Part shown: positions 1 to 9,846 of the stretch, one piece after another
How the letters are laid out: every line of letters starts with the position of its first letter
Numbering within the stretch: the stretch's first letter is position 1
Assembly: GCA_947447405.1 (NCBI GenBank)
Contig: CANFKQ010000001.1
Location: 1,382 to 65,381, forward strand
Length of the DNA stretch: 64,000 bases
Source: Comamonadaceae bacterium
Lineage (GTDB): Bacteria; Pseudomonadota; Gammaproteobacteria; Burkholderiales; Burkholderiaceae_C
Direction: 5' to 3'
Made by a program: the position numbers and the translations under genes
The notes under the pieces: model-generated
What the model saw: only the letters and a program-made list of their open reading frames with translations
What the model was told of the DNA's origin: nothing
The model's database searches: none

Positions 1-51
1 AGCCGTGTGGAAGTGTCTCCTGTCGAATATGACATGTACTACTCGCTGTAA
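1..51 (+). CDS. glnA: glutamine synthetase type I, 3' end (partial)
   Basis: Frame 1 reads SRVEVSPVEYDMYYSL*, resembling the GlnA C-terminus (P-V-E-F/Y-D-M-Y-Y-S); lies upstream of ntrB/ntrC. Confidence 0.85.
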   Translation, partial: SRVEVSPVEYDMYYSL

Positions 52-74
52 TTCGTTGCAACGACATGTGCAAT

Positions 75-102
75 AAGAGGACGGCGCAAGCCGTCCTTTT
101 TT
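75..102 (+). terminator. intrinsic terminator after glnA
   Basis: AGGACGGC-GCAA-GCCGTCCT hairpin followed by a T run. Confidence 0.85.
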
Positions 103-121
103 GTTTTAACTCACACTTTTT

Positions 122-664
122 ATGAACCGTTTCCGATCTCATCTCGGCGTGTGCTCATTCATGCCAGTCTTGTTCCTGTTATGCCTTTGCCTGACGGAGC
201 GCCAAGCATTGGCAAATGATTTGCAACACATTTACCGCTGTGGGAATGCCTACACCAACCAGCCCAGCTCAACGCAAAACTGTAAACCTGTGAGCAACAC
301 AGGGGGGCATATCATTGTCATTGAAGGCACGCGCGTACAAGGCCCGCAGGTGGTGCTGCCTAGTGTGGGCAGTGCATTGGGTGCGAAAGTGGATAGTGCT
401 GACCAGCGTCAGCGTGACGCGCAAGCCCAGGTTGTGCTGCAAGCTGAACTACAAAAAGCTCAGCGCCAACACGCCGAGTTGCTGCGTGAGTGGCAGAACG
501 GCGAACCAGATCGGCGTGCCGATGAGGTTCGTCAACCTCAAAAATACCAAGACCGCCTAGCGCAGCTGCGCGGTGCCTTACAGCGCACAGAGGCAGATGT
601 GGCTGGTTTACAGCGCGAGTTATCGCGCTTGGCTGTATCTGCCCCCATCGGAGCCAAACCATGA
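122..664 (+). CDS. exported DUF4124-like protein with C-terminal coiled coil
   Basis: Signal peptide, IYRC..YTN motif and coiled-coil tail; usual position between glnA and ntrB in Burkholderiales. Confidence 0.7.
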   Translation: MNRFRSHLGVCSFMPVLFLLCLCLTERQALANDLQHIYRCGNAYTNQPSSTQNCKPVSNTGGHIIVIEGTRVQGPQVVLPSVGSALGAKVDSADQRQRDAQAQVVLQAELQKAQRQHAELLREWQNGEPDRRADEVRQPQKYQDRLAQLRGALQRTEADVAGLQRELSRLAVSAPIGAKP

Positions 665-1734
665 CAACGTCTAGCAAAGCACAGCCGAGCTACGCACAAG
701 CCTTTGACTTGCTGGCCACCTTGGTCGCCGTGGTGCGTACGGATGGCGTGGTGGTGTTTGCCAATGCCGCACTTGAAGACGTGATGGGTGTCTCGCGTCG
801 CACCATCGAAGGCTCAGCACTGGCAAGTTACTTTAGTGAAACGCAGTCGTTTGAAAGCGCGCTGCAAGGCGCGCAAACCAACGCCTTTGCCACCATGCGC
901 TATGACGCGCATTTGCGCCGTCCCTTGCAAGACGCCATGCCAGTGCACGTCATCGTGGCACCTACCGATGTGACGGGCGAGGTGTTGGTGGAGTTGCTGC
1001 CGCTGGAGCAACAAACCCGCCAAGACCGCGAAGAGCGCCTCATTGACCAAGCGCAAGCCAACAAAGAGCTGATTCGCAACTTGGCCCACGAAATCAAAAA
1101 CCCATTGGGTGGTATTCGTGGCGCAGCTCAGTTGCTGCAAATGGAGGTGGAGAGCAAAGACCTGATTGAGTACACCCAAGTCATCATTCATGAGGCCGAC
1201 CGCTTACAGCTGTTGGTGGACCGCTTGCTCGCCCCACACCGCCGTCCTCATGTGGTGGGCGATGTGAATATTCACGAGGTGTGTGAGCGGGTGCGCAGCC
1301 TCATCACGGCAGAGTTTCCTAAAGGTCTGCGCATGGTGCGCGACTACGACACGTCCATCCCAGAATTTCGTGGTGACCGTGAACAACTCATTCAAGCCGT
1401 GCTCAACATTGTGCACAACGCAGCCCAAGCGTTGGTTGAGCGGGTGATTGAGGGAGACGCTGAGATTATTTTGCGCACGCGCATCAACCGACAAGTGACT
1501 TTTGGCAAACAACGCTATCGGTTGGCATTGGAATTGCATGTAGTAGACAACGGGCCCGGCATTCCGGAAGAAATCAAGGACAGGTTATTTTTCCCCTTAG
1601 TTTCTGGACGTGATGGCGGTTCTGGCCTAGGGCTGAATTTGGCGCAAACCTTTGTGCAACAGCACCATGGCTTGATTGAGTGTGACAGTGTGCCGGGACG
1701 CACGGATTTCAAAATCCTCATTCCGTTACCTTGA
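661..1734 (+). CDS. glnL: nitrogen regulation sensor histidine kinase NtrB
   Basis: PAS domain, LAHEIKNPLGGIRGAAQLL H-box, DNGPGI and GSGLGL boxes. Confidence 0.95.
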   Translation: MTTSSKAQPSYAQAFDLLATLVAVVRTDGVVVFANAALEDVMGVSRRTIEGSALASYFSETQSFESALQGAQTNAFATMRYDAHLRRPLQDAMPVHVIVAPTDVTGEVLVELLPLEQQTRQDREERLIDQAQANKELIRNLAHEIKNPLGGIRGAAQLLQMEVESKDLIEYTQVIIHEADRLQLLVDRLLAPHRRPHVVGDVNIHEVCERVRSLITAEFPKGLRMVRDYDTSIPEFRGDREQLIQAVLNIVHNAAQALVERVIEGDAEIILRTRINRQVTFGKQRYRLALELHVVDNGPGIPEEIKDRLFFPLVSGRDGGSGLGLNLAQTFVQQHHGLIECDSVPGRTDFKILIPLP

Positions 1735-1774
1735 TGCCTCTTGTGGCCCCTAACTTAGAAAAGAAAGTGCCGAG

Positions 1775-3313
1775 ATGAAATCGATTTGGATTGTGGACGA
1801 CGACCAGTCAATTCGCTTTGTGCTGGAAAAAGCGCTGTTGCGCGAGAACCTGCCGACGCGCAGTTTCACCAGCCCACGCGAAGTGCTGCAAGCGCTCGAC
1901 TCGGTGAGTGAGGAGGACGGCCCGCAAATTTTGGTTAGCGACATCCGTATGCCGGGTGGCTCAGGGCTAGATTTACTCACCAAGGTGAAGGAGCGTTTGC
2001 CTTCGCTGCCTGTCATCATCATGACGGCCTTTTCAGACTTGGACAGCGCGGTATCAGCTTTTCAAGGTGGCGCCTTCGAATACCTGCCCAAGCCCTTTGA
2101 CTTGCCCAAAGCTGTGGAGCTGATTCGCCGCGCTTTGGACGAGAGTCAGCGCGAACAACTGCAAAGCGAGCAGCAAGACGCTACACCTGAAATGCTGGGC
2201 CAAGCGCCTGCCATGCAAGATGTGTTTCGTGCGATTGGGCGCCTGAGTCAAAGTAATGTGACGGTGATGATCACTGGTGAGAGTGGCTCTGGCAAAGAGC
2301 TGGTCGCGCGCGCCCTGCACAAACATTCGCCGCGCGGTGATGCGGGTAATAAAGGGCCATTTGTGGCCATCAACACCGCTGCGATTCCTAAAGATTTGCT
2401 GGAGAGCGAGCTTTTTGGTCACGAGCGTGGAGCCTTCACTGGCGCGCAAACCACGCGCCGAGGTCGCTTTGAGCAAGCCGAGGGCGGTACGCTGTTTCTC
2501 GATGAAATCGGCGATATGCCGTTTGATTTACAAACCCGTTTGCTGCGTGTGTTGAGCGATGGCACTTACTACCGCGTCGGTGGTCACAACGCCATCAAAG
2601 CCAATGTGCGCGTGATTGCTGCCACACACCAAGACTTAGAAAAACGCGTCAAAGATGGGGTGTTCCGCGAAGACTTGTTTCACCGCTTGAACGTGATTCG
2701 GTTGCGCTTGCCTGCTTTGCGTGAGCGTCGGGAAGACATTCCCACTTTGACGCGCCACTTTTTGCAGCAGAGTGCACAACAATTGGGCGTAGAGCCCAAA
2801 CGCATCTCGGATAGTGCACAAACAGTGCTCAATCAGTTTACTTTTCCTGGCAACGTCCGCCAGCTTGAAAACATTTGTCACTGGCTGACCGTGATGGCGC
2901 CCGCGCAAGTGATTGAGCCCAAAGACTTGCCGCCAGAAGTGACCTTGTCTAGCGAAGCCTTGGCGGCACTCAGCCACACAGGTCAAGACACCTCAGGTTT
3001 CAGTGCGTCTGTTCCTCAAGATGTGAACCATGCAGTTCCTGCTGCTGTCGCTTCTTCCTCCGATGGTGCGACACCTGTGGTGCTGAATATGCCGGGCGCT
3101 GATTGGGAGCAAGGCCTTGAAGCCGAAGCTATGAGTTTGCTCGTGGCGGGGCGAACGGATGTTTGGGATGTTTTGGTCAACCGCTTTGAGGCGCGTTTGA
3201 TTCAAACGGCCTTGGTTAATACGCGAGGCCGCCGCATAGAGGCCGCGCAAAAGTTGGGCATTGGCCGCAACACCATCACCCGAAAAATCCAAGAACTGGG
3301 CTTAGACGACTGA
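1775..3313 (+). CDS. glnG: nitrogen regulation response regulator NtrC
   Basis: Receiver domain, GESGSGKE Walker A, GAFTGA motif, C-terminal Fis-type HTH ([15 protein letters not shown]). Confidence 0.95.
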   Translation: MKSIWIVDDDQSIRFVLEKALLRENLPTRSFTSPREVLQALDSVSEEDGPQILVSDIRMPGGSGLDLLTKVKERLPSLPVIIMTAFSDLDSAVSAFQGGAFEYLPKPFDLPKAVELIRRALDESQREQLQSEQQDATPEMLGQAPAMQDVFRAIGRLSQSNVTVMITGESGSGKELVARALHKHSPRGDAGNKGPFVAINTAAIPKDLLESELFGHERGAFTGAQTTRRGRFEQAEGGTLFLDEIGDMPFDLQTRLLRVLSDGTYYRVGGHNAIKANVRVIAATHQDLEKRVKDGVFREDLFHRLNVIRLRLPALRERREDIPTLTRHFLQQSAQQLGVEPKRISDSAQTVLNQFTFPGNVRQLENICHWLTVMAPAQVIEPKDLPPEVTLSSEALAALSHTGQDTSGFSASVPQDVNHAVPAAVASSSDGATPVVLNMPGADWEQGLEAEAMSLLVAGRTDVWDVLVNRFEARLIQTALVNTRGRRIEAAQKLGIGRNTITRKIQELGLDD

Positions 3314-3357
3314 TCAAGCGCCGCACTACACCCGTGGTGCTTGCGTTGCCCAGTGGC

Positions 3358-4122
3358 TCAAGCGATTGTCACGACCACAGGAACATGGTCGCTTGGGCGC
3401 TCGTTCTTGCGTGGTGCTTTGTCAATCACGCAGGCTTGTACTGATGTTTTGAGTGCATCGCTCACCAAAATATGGTCAATGCGCAGGCCTCGGTTGCGGC
3501 GGAATGCAAATTCGCGGTAGTCCCACCAGCTGTAACTTTTCTCGGCTTGTTCAAACAAGCGGAAGGCATCGTGCGTGCCAAGGTCAATCAAGGCTTGGAA
3601 GTGTTCACGCTCTTCCACTGTGCAGTGGATGGTGTCTTTCAAAGTCACAGGGTCCCACACATCGCGGTCATCGACTGTGATGTTGAAGTCGCCCATCAAC
3701 ACCAGCTTGGGGTGTTGTTTGAGTTCTTTGCGTAGCCAGTTTTGTAAGGCCTCTAGCCAACGCATTTTGTAAACAAACTTGTCGCTGTCTGGTGCTTGAC
3801 CGTTCGGAAAGTACGCGCCAATTACACGCACACCATTGACCGAACCTGCAATCACGCGGGCCATATCGTCTTCAAAGTCAGGAATGTTTTTCACCACATC
3901 GGTGGCTTCGTTGCGCGAGAGCAGGGCGACGCCGTTGTAAGTTTTTTGACCGAAGAAGGCCACCTTATAGCCCGCAGCTTCAATGGCCTCGTGCGGAAAC
4001 TTGTCATCGGTGCATTTGGTTTCTTGTAGCACCAGCGCATCGACGGGGTTGGCTGCCAACCAGTCCAGTACTTGTGGCAAACGCACGGTGAGTGAGTTGA
4101 CATTCCATGTCGAAAATTGCAT
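3358..4122 (-). CDS. xth: exodeoxyribonuclease III
   Basis: TWNVNS, LQETK, GDFN, RIDHIL and SDHVP motifs; start trimmed to MQFST. Confidence 0.93.
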   Translation of the reverse strand: MQFSTWNVNSLTVRLPQVLDWLAANPVDALVLQETKCTDDKFPHEAIEAAGYKVAFFGQKTYNGVALLSRNEATDVVKNIPDFEDDMARVIAGSVNGVRVIGAYFPNGQAPDSDKFVYKMRWLEALQNWLRKELKQHPKLVLMGDFNITVDDRDVWDPVTLKDTIHCTVEEREHFQALIDLGTHDAFRLFEQAEKSYSWWDYREFAFRRNRGLRIDHILVSDALKTSVQACVIDKAPRKNERPSDHVPVVVTIA

Positions 4123-4136
4123 GTGTGTAGTTTTCT

Positions 4137-4712
4137 TTAGATGTGAAGCGCAGCCAAGATGCCGACACCTACGCCCAACGCGCCTGCGCCAAACATGGCG
4201 TATTCCACCCACGTTTTACGTGTGAGTAGGGCAATTGCAGCCAAGGCAATAGCCACTTGCAGAACTGTAGTGGCTTGCGCCCAGCGGTGGTGCTGATGCA
4301 TTTCAGCCTCAGACATGTCGTCGAACGCTTTGGATTGGGCTTCTAGCTTTTCTGCGCCGGTTTTGATCTCGGCCTTCTCAGTTTTGTAGCGCTCAATTTG
4401 GTTGAGGTAGTGTTCAGCTTTGCTGGCAGGGGCTAACTCTAAAGCCAGTTCCATCAAGTTTTGCTTGCTGCTTTTGGCTTGGTAATAGTTCCATTGGTTG
4501 GAGGCTTCGGTCTTCTTGATGGCCGCATCGTTTTTGTACAAGCCAGCTGCCGCTTGTGTGGCGCCGCCCATGTAGCCAAAGATCGCGCCGACTGTGGCGA
4601 TGATGGCGGTGAACATGGCGATCTTGTTGGTAAAGCTGTTGCCGTGGCCACCTGCTGCGTGTTCAAGTTCGTGGTCATGTGGACCGTGGACGTGAAAACT
4701 ATCTTCAGACAT
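4137..4712 (-). CDS. DUF4337-like membrane protein
   Basis: FHVHGPHDH N-terminus, ASNQWNYYQAKS motif, three hydrophobic segments. Confidence 0.7.
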   Translation of the reverse strand: MSEDSFHVHGPHDHELEHAAGGHGNSFTNKIAMFTAIIATVGAIFGYMGGATQAAAGLYKNDAAIKKTEASNQWNYYQAKSSKQNLMELALELAPASKAEHYLNQIERYKTEKAEIKTGAEKLEAQSKAFDDMSEAEMHQHHRWAQATTVLQVAIALAAIALLTRKTWVEYAMFGAGALGVGVGILAALHI

Positions 4713-4727
4713 TGCGAATGATCCTTC

Positions 4728-5216
4728 TTAAGGTGTACGTGTGAGCGTGACGAGGCTGTAGCTCAAACCATTTGCCGCCACATGGTTGGTGCGCGCGATC
4801 TCTTTCCAGCTGCGATCGAAGGTGGGGGCGAAAGCATCGCCTTCAAAGTCTGCATTGATTTCTGTCACGACCACACGCGAAGCCAAAGGCATGGCTTGGG
4901 CATACATCTCAGCGCCGCCAATCACCCACACTTGAGTTTCCGCTGGGTAGTCTTGTATGGCTTCTTCGATGGAGTGCGCTACCACCGCGCCTTCGGCTTG
5001 CCAATCTGCTTGGCGCGTCACCACGATATTGGTGCGGCCAGGCAGGGGACGAAATTTAGGGGGCAACGATTCCCATGTCTTACGGCCCATTACCACAGGT
5101 TGTCCAAGCGTGGTTTGTTTGAAGTGGGCCAAATCTTCAGGTAGGTGCCAAGGCAGAGCGTTGTCTTTGCCAATGACACCATTGCGTGCGCGCGCAAAAA
5201 TTAAATTCAAAGCCAT
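4728..5216 (-). CDS. folA: dihydrofolate reductase
   Basis: NGVIG..LPW.LPEDL.HFK, MGRKTWES, PLPGR and IGG motifs. Confidence 0.96.
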   Translation of the reverse strand: MALNLIFARARNGVIGKDNALPWHLPEDLAHFKQTTLGQPVVMGRKTWESLPPKFRPLPGRTNIVVTRQADWQAEGAVVAHSIEEAIQDYPAETQVWVIGGAEMYAQAMPLASRVVVTEINADFEGDAFAPTFDRSWKEIARTNHVAANGLSYSLVTLTRTP

Positions 5217-5219
5217 GGC

Positions 5220-6047
5220 TTAAACGGCGACTGGAGCTTTGATAGCACCGTGGCATTGGTAGTCCAACACTTCGAAGTCTTCAAACTGGTAGTCGAAGAT
5301 GGAGTCGGGTTTACGTTTGATGTGCAGCGTCGGGTAGGCGAATGGTTCGCGGCTGAGTTGCAGCGACACTTGCTCGTGGTGGTTGCTGTAGATGTGGCAG
5401 TCGCCACCCGTCCAGATGAAGTCGCCCACGTCCAAATCGCACTGTTGGGCCACCATGTGGGTGAGCAGCGCGTAGCTGGCGATGTTGAACGGCACGCCAA
5501 GAAAGATGTCCGCACTGCGTTGGTACAACTGGCAACTGAGCTTAGCTTTTTCGCCTGGGTTTTGCGCTGGTGCCACGTAGAACTGGAAGAACGCATGGCA
5601 GGGCATGAGCGCCATCTTGTCGAGCTCGGCCACGTTCCATGCGCTCACGATGATGCGGCGGCTGTCGGGGTTGTTTTTGAGCGTGTCAATGACTTGTTGG
5701 ATTTGGTCAATGTGGCCTCCATCGGGGGTGGGCCAGCTGCGCCATTGAACGCCGTACACGGGACCAAGGTCGCCGTCTTCGCGGGCCCATTCGTCCCAAA
5801 TGGTGACGTTGCGTTCTTTGAGCCAGTTGTTGTTGCTGGAACCTGTGAGAAACCACAACAGCTCTTGAATGATGGAGCGCAGGTGAACCTTTTTGGTGGT
5901 CACCAGTGGGAACCCTTCATGGAGGTTAAACCGCATTTGGTGGCCAAACACGCTTTGGGTGCCCGTGCCAGTGCGGTCTGTCTTGGCAATGCCTTGGCTA
6001 GCCACGTGTTGCATGAAGTCTTCGTATTGGCGGCGGATGGGGCGCAT
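5220..6047 (-). CDS. thyA: thymidylate synthase
   Basis: DRTGTGT, GPVYG.QWR, ALMPCH and [14 protein letters not shown] motifs. Confidence 0.97.
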   Translation of the reverse strand: MRPIRRQYEDFMQHVASQGIAKTDRTGTGTQSVFGHQMRFNLHEGFPLVTTKKVHLRSIIQELLWFLTGSSNNNWLKERNVTIWDEWAREDGDLGPVYGVQWRSWPTPDGGHIDQIQQVIDTLKNNPDSRRIIVSAWNVAELDKMALMPCHAFFQFYVAPAQNPGEKAKLSCQLYQRSADIFLGVPFNIASYALLTHMVAQQCDLDVGDFIWTGGDCHIYSNHHEQVSLQLSREPFAYPTLHIKRKPDSIFDYQFEDFEVLDYQCHGAIKAPVAV

Positions 6048-6189
6048 AGAGATAACTTGGTAAAAAACTCCTCACAGTTTAAATGCTAGAGCTATTAGCA
6101 TAATTAGTTCTTAAGTTTTCTACGCCACGTGGCGTATTGACGTCCATGACGTGTACTGCGACATTAAGGTTTTAACCTTTAGCTAAGTT

Positions 6190-7164
6190 TTGACAAACCT
6201 GTCAAATATGCCATCCAACGAACACTCAGAATCCAAACGCGGCGTCTACGATACCTGCGACCCTCAATACCTTCGTGGCTTACGTGAAGCGGCTGGCATG
6301 GATGTGTTTGTGCTGGCCCGCACTGCTTGTTTGTCGGTTGCGCAAGTTCGCCAACTTGAGAGCGATGTCAGTGACGGCTTGTTTTATTCGGACGCCATCA
6401 AGCGCCAAGCCTACAAACGCTTGCTGATGATTTTGGGTGCAGAGCCACCGTCGGTCGAATTACCGCAAGAGTTGCGTGATGCGGCGAAAGTCGCGGATGC
6501 ACATCTCAACACCCTAGATCAAATTGTGGCCATGAGCCACCAACCTACTTTGCACCGTTCTACCGCAAGCATGGTGAGTTCTGTGGTTTCCAAACTGAAA
6601 GAGCACAGGCAAGTCGTCAGTGCTTTGTTGTTGCTGGTGGTGGCGTTCTGCTTGTTTGTGAAGTATGGCCTTCAACCCACTGGCGATGTCACGCTCGTTG
6701 CTGCGTCTGCTCCTGAACAAGTGCAATCTCACGCGGCTGCGGAGGTTGTTGCCCCTGAGGTGTCTCTGCCTGCGCCTAGCGCATCAGTGCCAGTTGTTGT
6801 GCCTGTTGCTTCTGCCGCAGTGCCTGTGGCCAATGCCTTGTTGTTGACGTCAAACAAATCGACGAGCTGTGCTTTTGCCAGCGATGAGATGCCTGAGTTG
6901 ACTTCATTCGTTGCGCAAAAAGAAGGTCGCTATGTGTATGTGGTCAGCATGAGCAATGTGGAAGTTTGCGTGGTCGACGGCAACAAACAAGCGACAGTGT
7001 TGCAAATGAGTGCGGGTGAAAACCGCAGTGTGTTTGGTGTGGCACCTTGGCAAGTGTCAAGCCCACAGTTGCCAAAGGTTCAAATCTATTTCCAAGGTGG
7101 GCGCGTGTCTTTGCCTGATACAGCGACCCGAGTGAAATTGCTCGAAGTCCCGATTTCCCGCTAA
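6190..7164 (+). CDS. RodZ-like protein (N-terminal XRE-type HTH, TM helix, Ala/Pro/Val linker, DUF4115-like C-terminal beta domain)
   Basis: LRGLREAAGM..LARTACLSVAQVRQLE HTH; TM segment VVSALLLLVVAFCLFV; C-terminal beta-rich domain; start may be 6208. Confidence 0.65.
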   Translation: MTNLSNMPSNEHSESKRGVYDTCDPQYLRGLREAAGMDVFVLARTACLSVAQVRQLESDVSDGLFYSDAIKRQAYKRLLMILGAEPPSVELPQELRDAAKVADAHLNTLDQIVAMSHQPTLHRSTASMVSSVVSKLKEHRQVVSALLLLVVAFCLFVKYGLQPTGDVTLVAASAPEQVQSHAAAEVVAPEVSLPAPSASVPVVVPVASAAVPVANALLLTSNKSTSCAFASDEMPELTSFVAQKEGRYVYVVSMSNVEVCVVDGNKQATVLQMSAGENRSVFGVAPWQVSSPQLPKVQIYFQGGRVSLPDTATRVKLLEVPISR

Positions 7165-7169
7165 CTTAT

Positions 7170-7553
7170 ATGTTCAAAAAGATGAAGTTTGGGCAATCTG
7201 AGCCAATGGCAGATACTGAAAAAACCATCATTGGTCAATCGGCGGTTGTCGTAGGTAATATCGTTTCTCAAGATGTGGTGCAACTCAAAGGTCACGTGGT
7301 TGGAAACATTGATGTGAATGGCAGCCCGAATGCTCAGCTATCTGTGTTGTCGCACGCTCATGTGGAGGGAGACATCAACGCCCAGCAAGCGGTTGTCAAT
7401 GGTGTTGTCAATGGAAACATCGCGTCGGCAGGGCGTGTCGAGCTTCATTCGGAAGCTGACGTCAAAGGCAATATTTCTTACACCACCATGGCGATTGAAC
7501 ATGGTGCCAAGCTGTACGGAATGATGAGCAGTAACGATGTCAAACCACACTGA
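7170..7553 (+). CDS. bactofilin (polymer-forming cytoskeletal protein)
   Basis: TIIGQSAVVVGNI...GHVVGNI...VEGDI...GVVNGNI beta-helix repeats ending IEHGAKLYG. Confidence 0.9.
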   Translation: MFKKMKFGQSEPMADTEKTIIGQSAVVVGNIVSQDVVQLKGHVVGNIDVNGSPNAQLSVLSHAHVEGDINAQQAVVNGVVNGNIASAGRVELHSEADVKGNISYTTMAIEHGAKLYGMMSSNDVKPH

Positions 7554-8190
7554 CGATTCGCGAACCTTAGGTCATGTCATCGTGATTGATGACGATGCGT
7601 CTGTACGTCGAAGCTTGTGCACGATGCTCAAGCGCGCAGGGTATGACGTGGTTTTATATGACTGCGCTGATGCTTTCTTGTGTAATCCTGTGATTTCTTC
7701 ACCAGCTGTTATTTTGTTAGATATGCGCATGCCAGGGACTACGGGTGTGGGGCTTCAATCACAGCTCAATACATTGGCGAAAAACGTACCAGTGATTTTT
7801 GTGAGTGGTGACAGCCGACCAGAAGAAATCATTGAGGCGATGAAGCAAGGCGCGGTTGATTTCCTACTTAAACCTTTTACCGCACAAGCCATGATGGAAG
7901 TGATTCAACGCGCGATGTCTGTGTCAGAGCAAGCTGTTGTAGTGGCAGATAAAAACTTGCAAGTGTCTGAGCGTTTAAAGCGACTCACGCCACGTGAAAT
8001 GGAAGTGTGTCATTGGATGGTGCGCGGTTATTCCAACCAACAAATTGCGACCATCGATGGCGGCGCATCAGCCACCATCAAGTTGCACCGTGCACGTGTG
8101 ATGGACAAGATGTCAGCGCACACCCTCCCCGAATTGATTGACATGCTGATCGGGTTGGATATTCCCTTGCCGCAGCGGGCGGTTGCTTAA
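7537..8190 (+). CDS. FixJ/LuxR-family response regulator
   Basis: VIDDD, LLDMRMPG, AVDFLLKPF and LTPRE HTH motifs. Confidence 0.88.
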   Translation: MSNHTDDSRTLGHVIVIDDDASVRRSLCTMLKRAGYDVVLYDCADAFLCNPVISSPAVILLDMRMPGTTGVGLQSQLNTLAKNVPVIFVSGDSRPEEIIEAMKQGAVDFLLKPFTAQAMMEVIQRAMSVSEQAVVVADKNLQVSERLKRLTPREMEVCHWMVRGYSNQQIATIDGGASATIKLHRARVMDKMSAHTLPELIDMLIGLDIPLPQRAVA

Positions 8191-8603
8191 CTGCTCAACG
8201 TTTCGTCGGGGTTGTTATTTTTGGCGTATTTCAAACGCAGGCGTACATGCAAGGCGCAGGCTGTAAACAAGATCACGCACAAGAAAACTTCAAGCAAGGC
8301 GAAGTAGTTGCTAGGTGCCACATCTCCCCAAGCGCGCACCACCCCTTCTGTGAAGTAGAGCCAAATCAGCAAGCTGAGCCAGCGGTAGGTGTACATGCGG
8401 TTTTTCAGTAACCCCGTGAGTGGAAAACACAGGGGCAATACCTTGAGTGCTAATAGTGTGCCGCCAGGTCGCAAGGGGGCAAGCCAAAGCTCCCACACCA
8501 AACCGAGCACGATGAGCCCCAGTAAACAGCTCACAGCGATCAAGCGGGTGAGCGTCACGTGACGGAACGAAATTTCTTGAGGGGCGAGGGGGGAGTTGTG
8601 CAT
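8187..8603 (-). CDS. DUF2069 membrane protein
   Basis: WELWLAPLRPGG..LALKVLPL and YTYRW...YFTEGVVRAW motifs. Confidence 0.8.
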   Translation of the reverse strand: MHNSPLAPQEISFRHVTLTRLIAVSCLLGLIVLGLVWELWLAPLRPGGTLLALKVLPLCFPLTGLLKNRMYTYRWLSLLIWLYFTEGVVRAWGDVAPSNYFALLEVFLCVILFTACALHVRLRLKYAKNNNPDETLSS

Positions 8604-8625
8604 AGAAAGTGGGATGATTCAAGAC

Positions 8626-9846
8626 ATGATTGTCCTGCATCTCCACAACTTTTTTGAACGTCTTTCCCTATTCCCTTGGCGTAACACGGCGCGCACTTTA
8701 CGCCAACGTTTCCGCGAGGACCGCTTGGGTCAAACTGCGGGTAGTTTGACCTTTACTACCACCATCGCTTTGGTGCCCATGGTCACGGTGGCGCTGGCGG
8801 TGTTTACTGCATTTCCCATGTTTGGTGATTTTCAAACAGTACTTCAAAAGCGTTTGGTCGAGAGCTTGGTGCCCGATAACATCTCTCGCCAAGTGTTGGG
8901 CTATTTGACCTTGTTTGCCAGTAAAGCAAGTCGCTTAGGCGTGGCAGGTGTGACTGCCTTGCTATTTTCAGCTTTGGCCTTGGTATTCACGATCGATCGT
9001 ACGCTTAACGCGATTTGGCGTGTACGCAAACGTCGCCCCTTGGCGCACAGCATGTTGCTGTATTGGACAGCCATCACATTGGGGCCGCTGTTAATGGGCG
9101 CAAGCTTGGTAATCATGTCTGAGTTTGTGGCCGCCTCACGTGGTGTGGCGCCGGATGGCGCTGGTAACTTACGTTGGCTGTTTAGCACCTTAGAGTTTTT
9201 GTTGTTGTCATGGGCCGTCAGTGCGCTCTACCGTTTTGTGCCTTATACCCAAGTGCGTTGGAGCCATGCCTTGGTAGGCGGCGTCTGGGTGGCAGCAGCC
9301 ACCGAAGTTGCGCGTAAGGTGTTGGCGTATTACTTTGGCCAAATGCCAACCTATTCGGTGGTCTATGGTGCCTTTGCCACGGTACCAATTTTGTTGGTAT
9401 GGATTTATTTGGCGTGGTCCATTGTGCTGATGGGGGCTGTGCTGGTGGCGAATTTACCCAGCTTGCTGGGGGGCATTTCACGGGATGGCCGCAGTGTGGG
9501 CTGGCGCTTTCAGCTGGCTTTGGAGGTGTTGCAGCATTTGCAAATTGCGCGCAACACGCCAGAGCACGGTGCGAGCATGACAACTTTATGTGAAGAGCTC
9601 GCCCTTGATCCCTTGCAGATTGAAGATGTGCTGGCAGCTTTGGTTGACCTAGATTGGATTGCTCGCTTGAGCGAATCGGTCGACGCTCGTCAAACACATG
9701 TGAAAGAGGCCCGCTATGTGATGCTGGCAGACCCACATTTAACGCCACTAGCTCCGTTGATGGAACGTCTGTTATTGGTGCGTAGCCCTGAGGCCGAAGG
9801 CTTGTGGATGAAGTGGCAAGACTTGCGCTTGCGCGATGTGCTTTAA
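8626..9846 (+). CDS. YihY/BrkB-family inner membrane protein
   Basis: AGSLTFTT.IALVP and YSVVYGAFATVPILLVWIY motifs; start codon uncertain (8596-8626). Confidence 0.85.
   Translation: MIVLHLHNFFERLSLFPWRNTARTLRQRFREDRLGQTAGSLTFTTTIALVPMVTVALAVFTAFPMFGDFQTVLQKRLVESLVPDNISRQVLGYLTLFASKASRLGVAGVTALLFSALALVFTIDRTLNAIWRVRKRRPLAHSMLLYWTAITLGPLLMGASLVIMSEFVAASRGVAPDGAGNLRWLFSTLEFLLLSWAVSALYRFVPYTQVRWSHALVGGVWVAAATEVARKVLAYYFGQMPTYSVVYGAFATVPILLVWIYLAWSIVLMGAVLVANLPSLLGGISRDGRSVGWRFQLALEVLQHLQIARNTPEHGASMTTLCEELALDPLQIEDVLAALVDLDWIARLSESVDARQTHVKEARYVMLADPHLTPLAPLMERLLLVRSPEAEGLWMKWQDLRLRDVL

Noticed and set aside
5250-6089. 279-aa plus-strand ORF
   Set aside because: Antisense shadow of thyA
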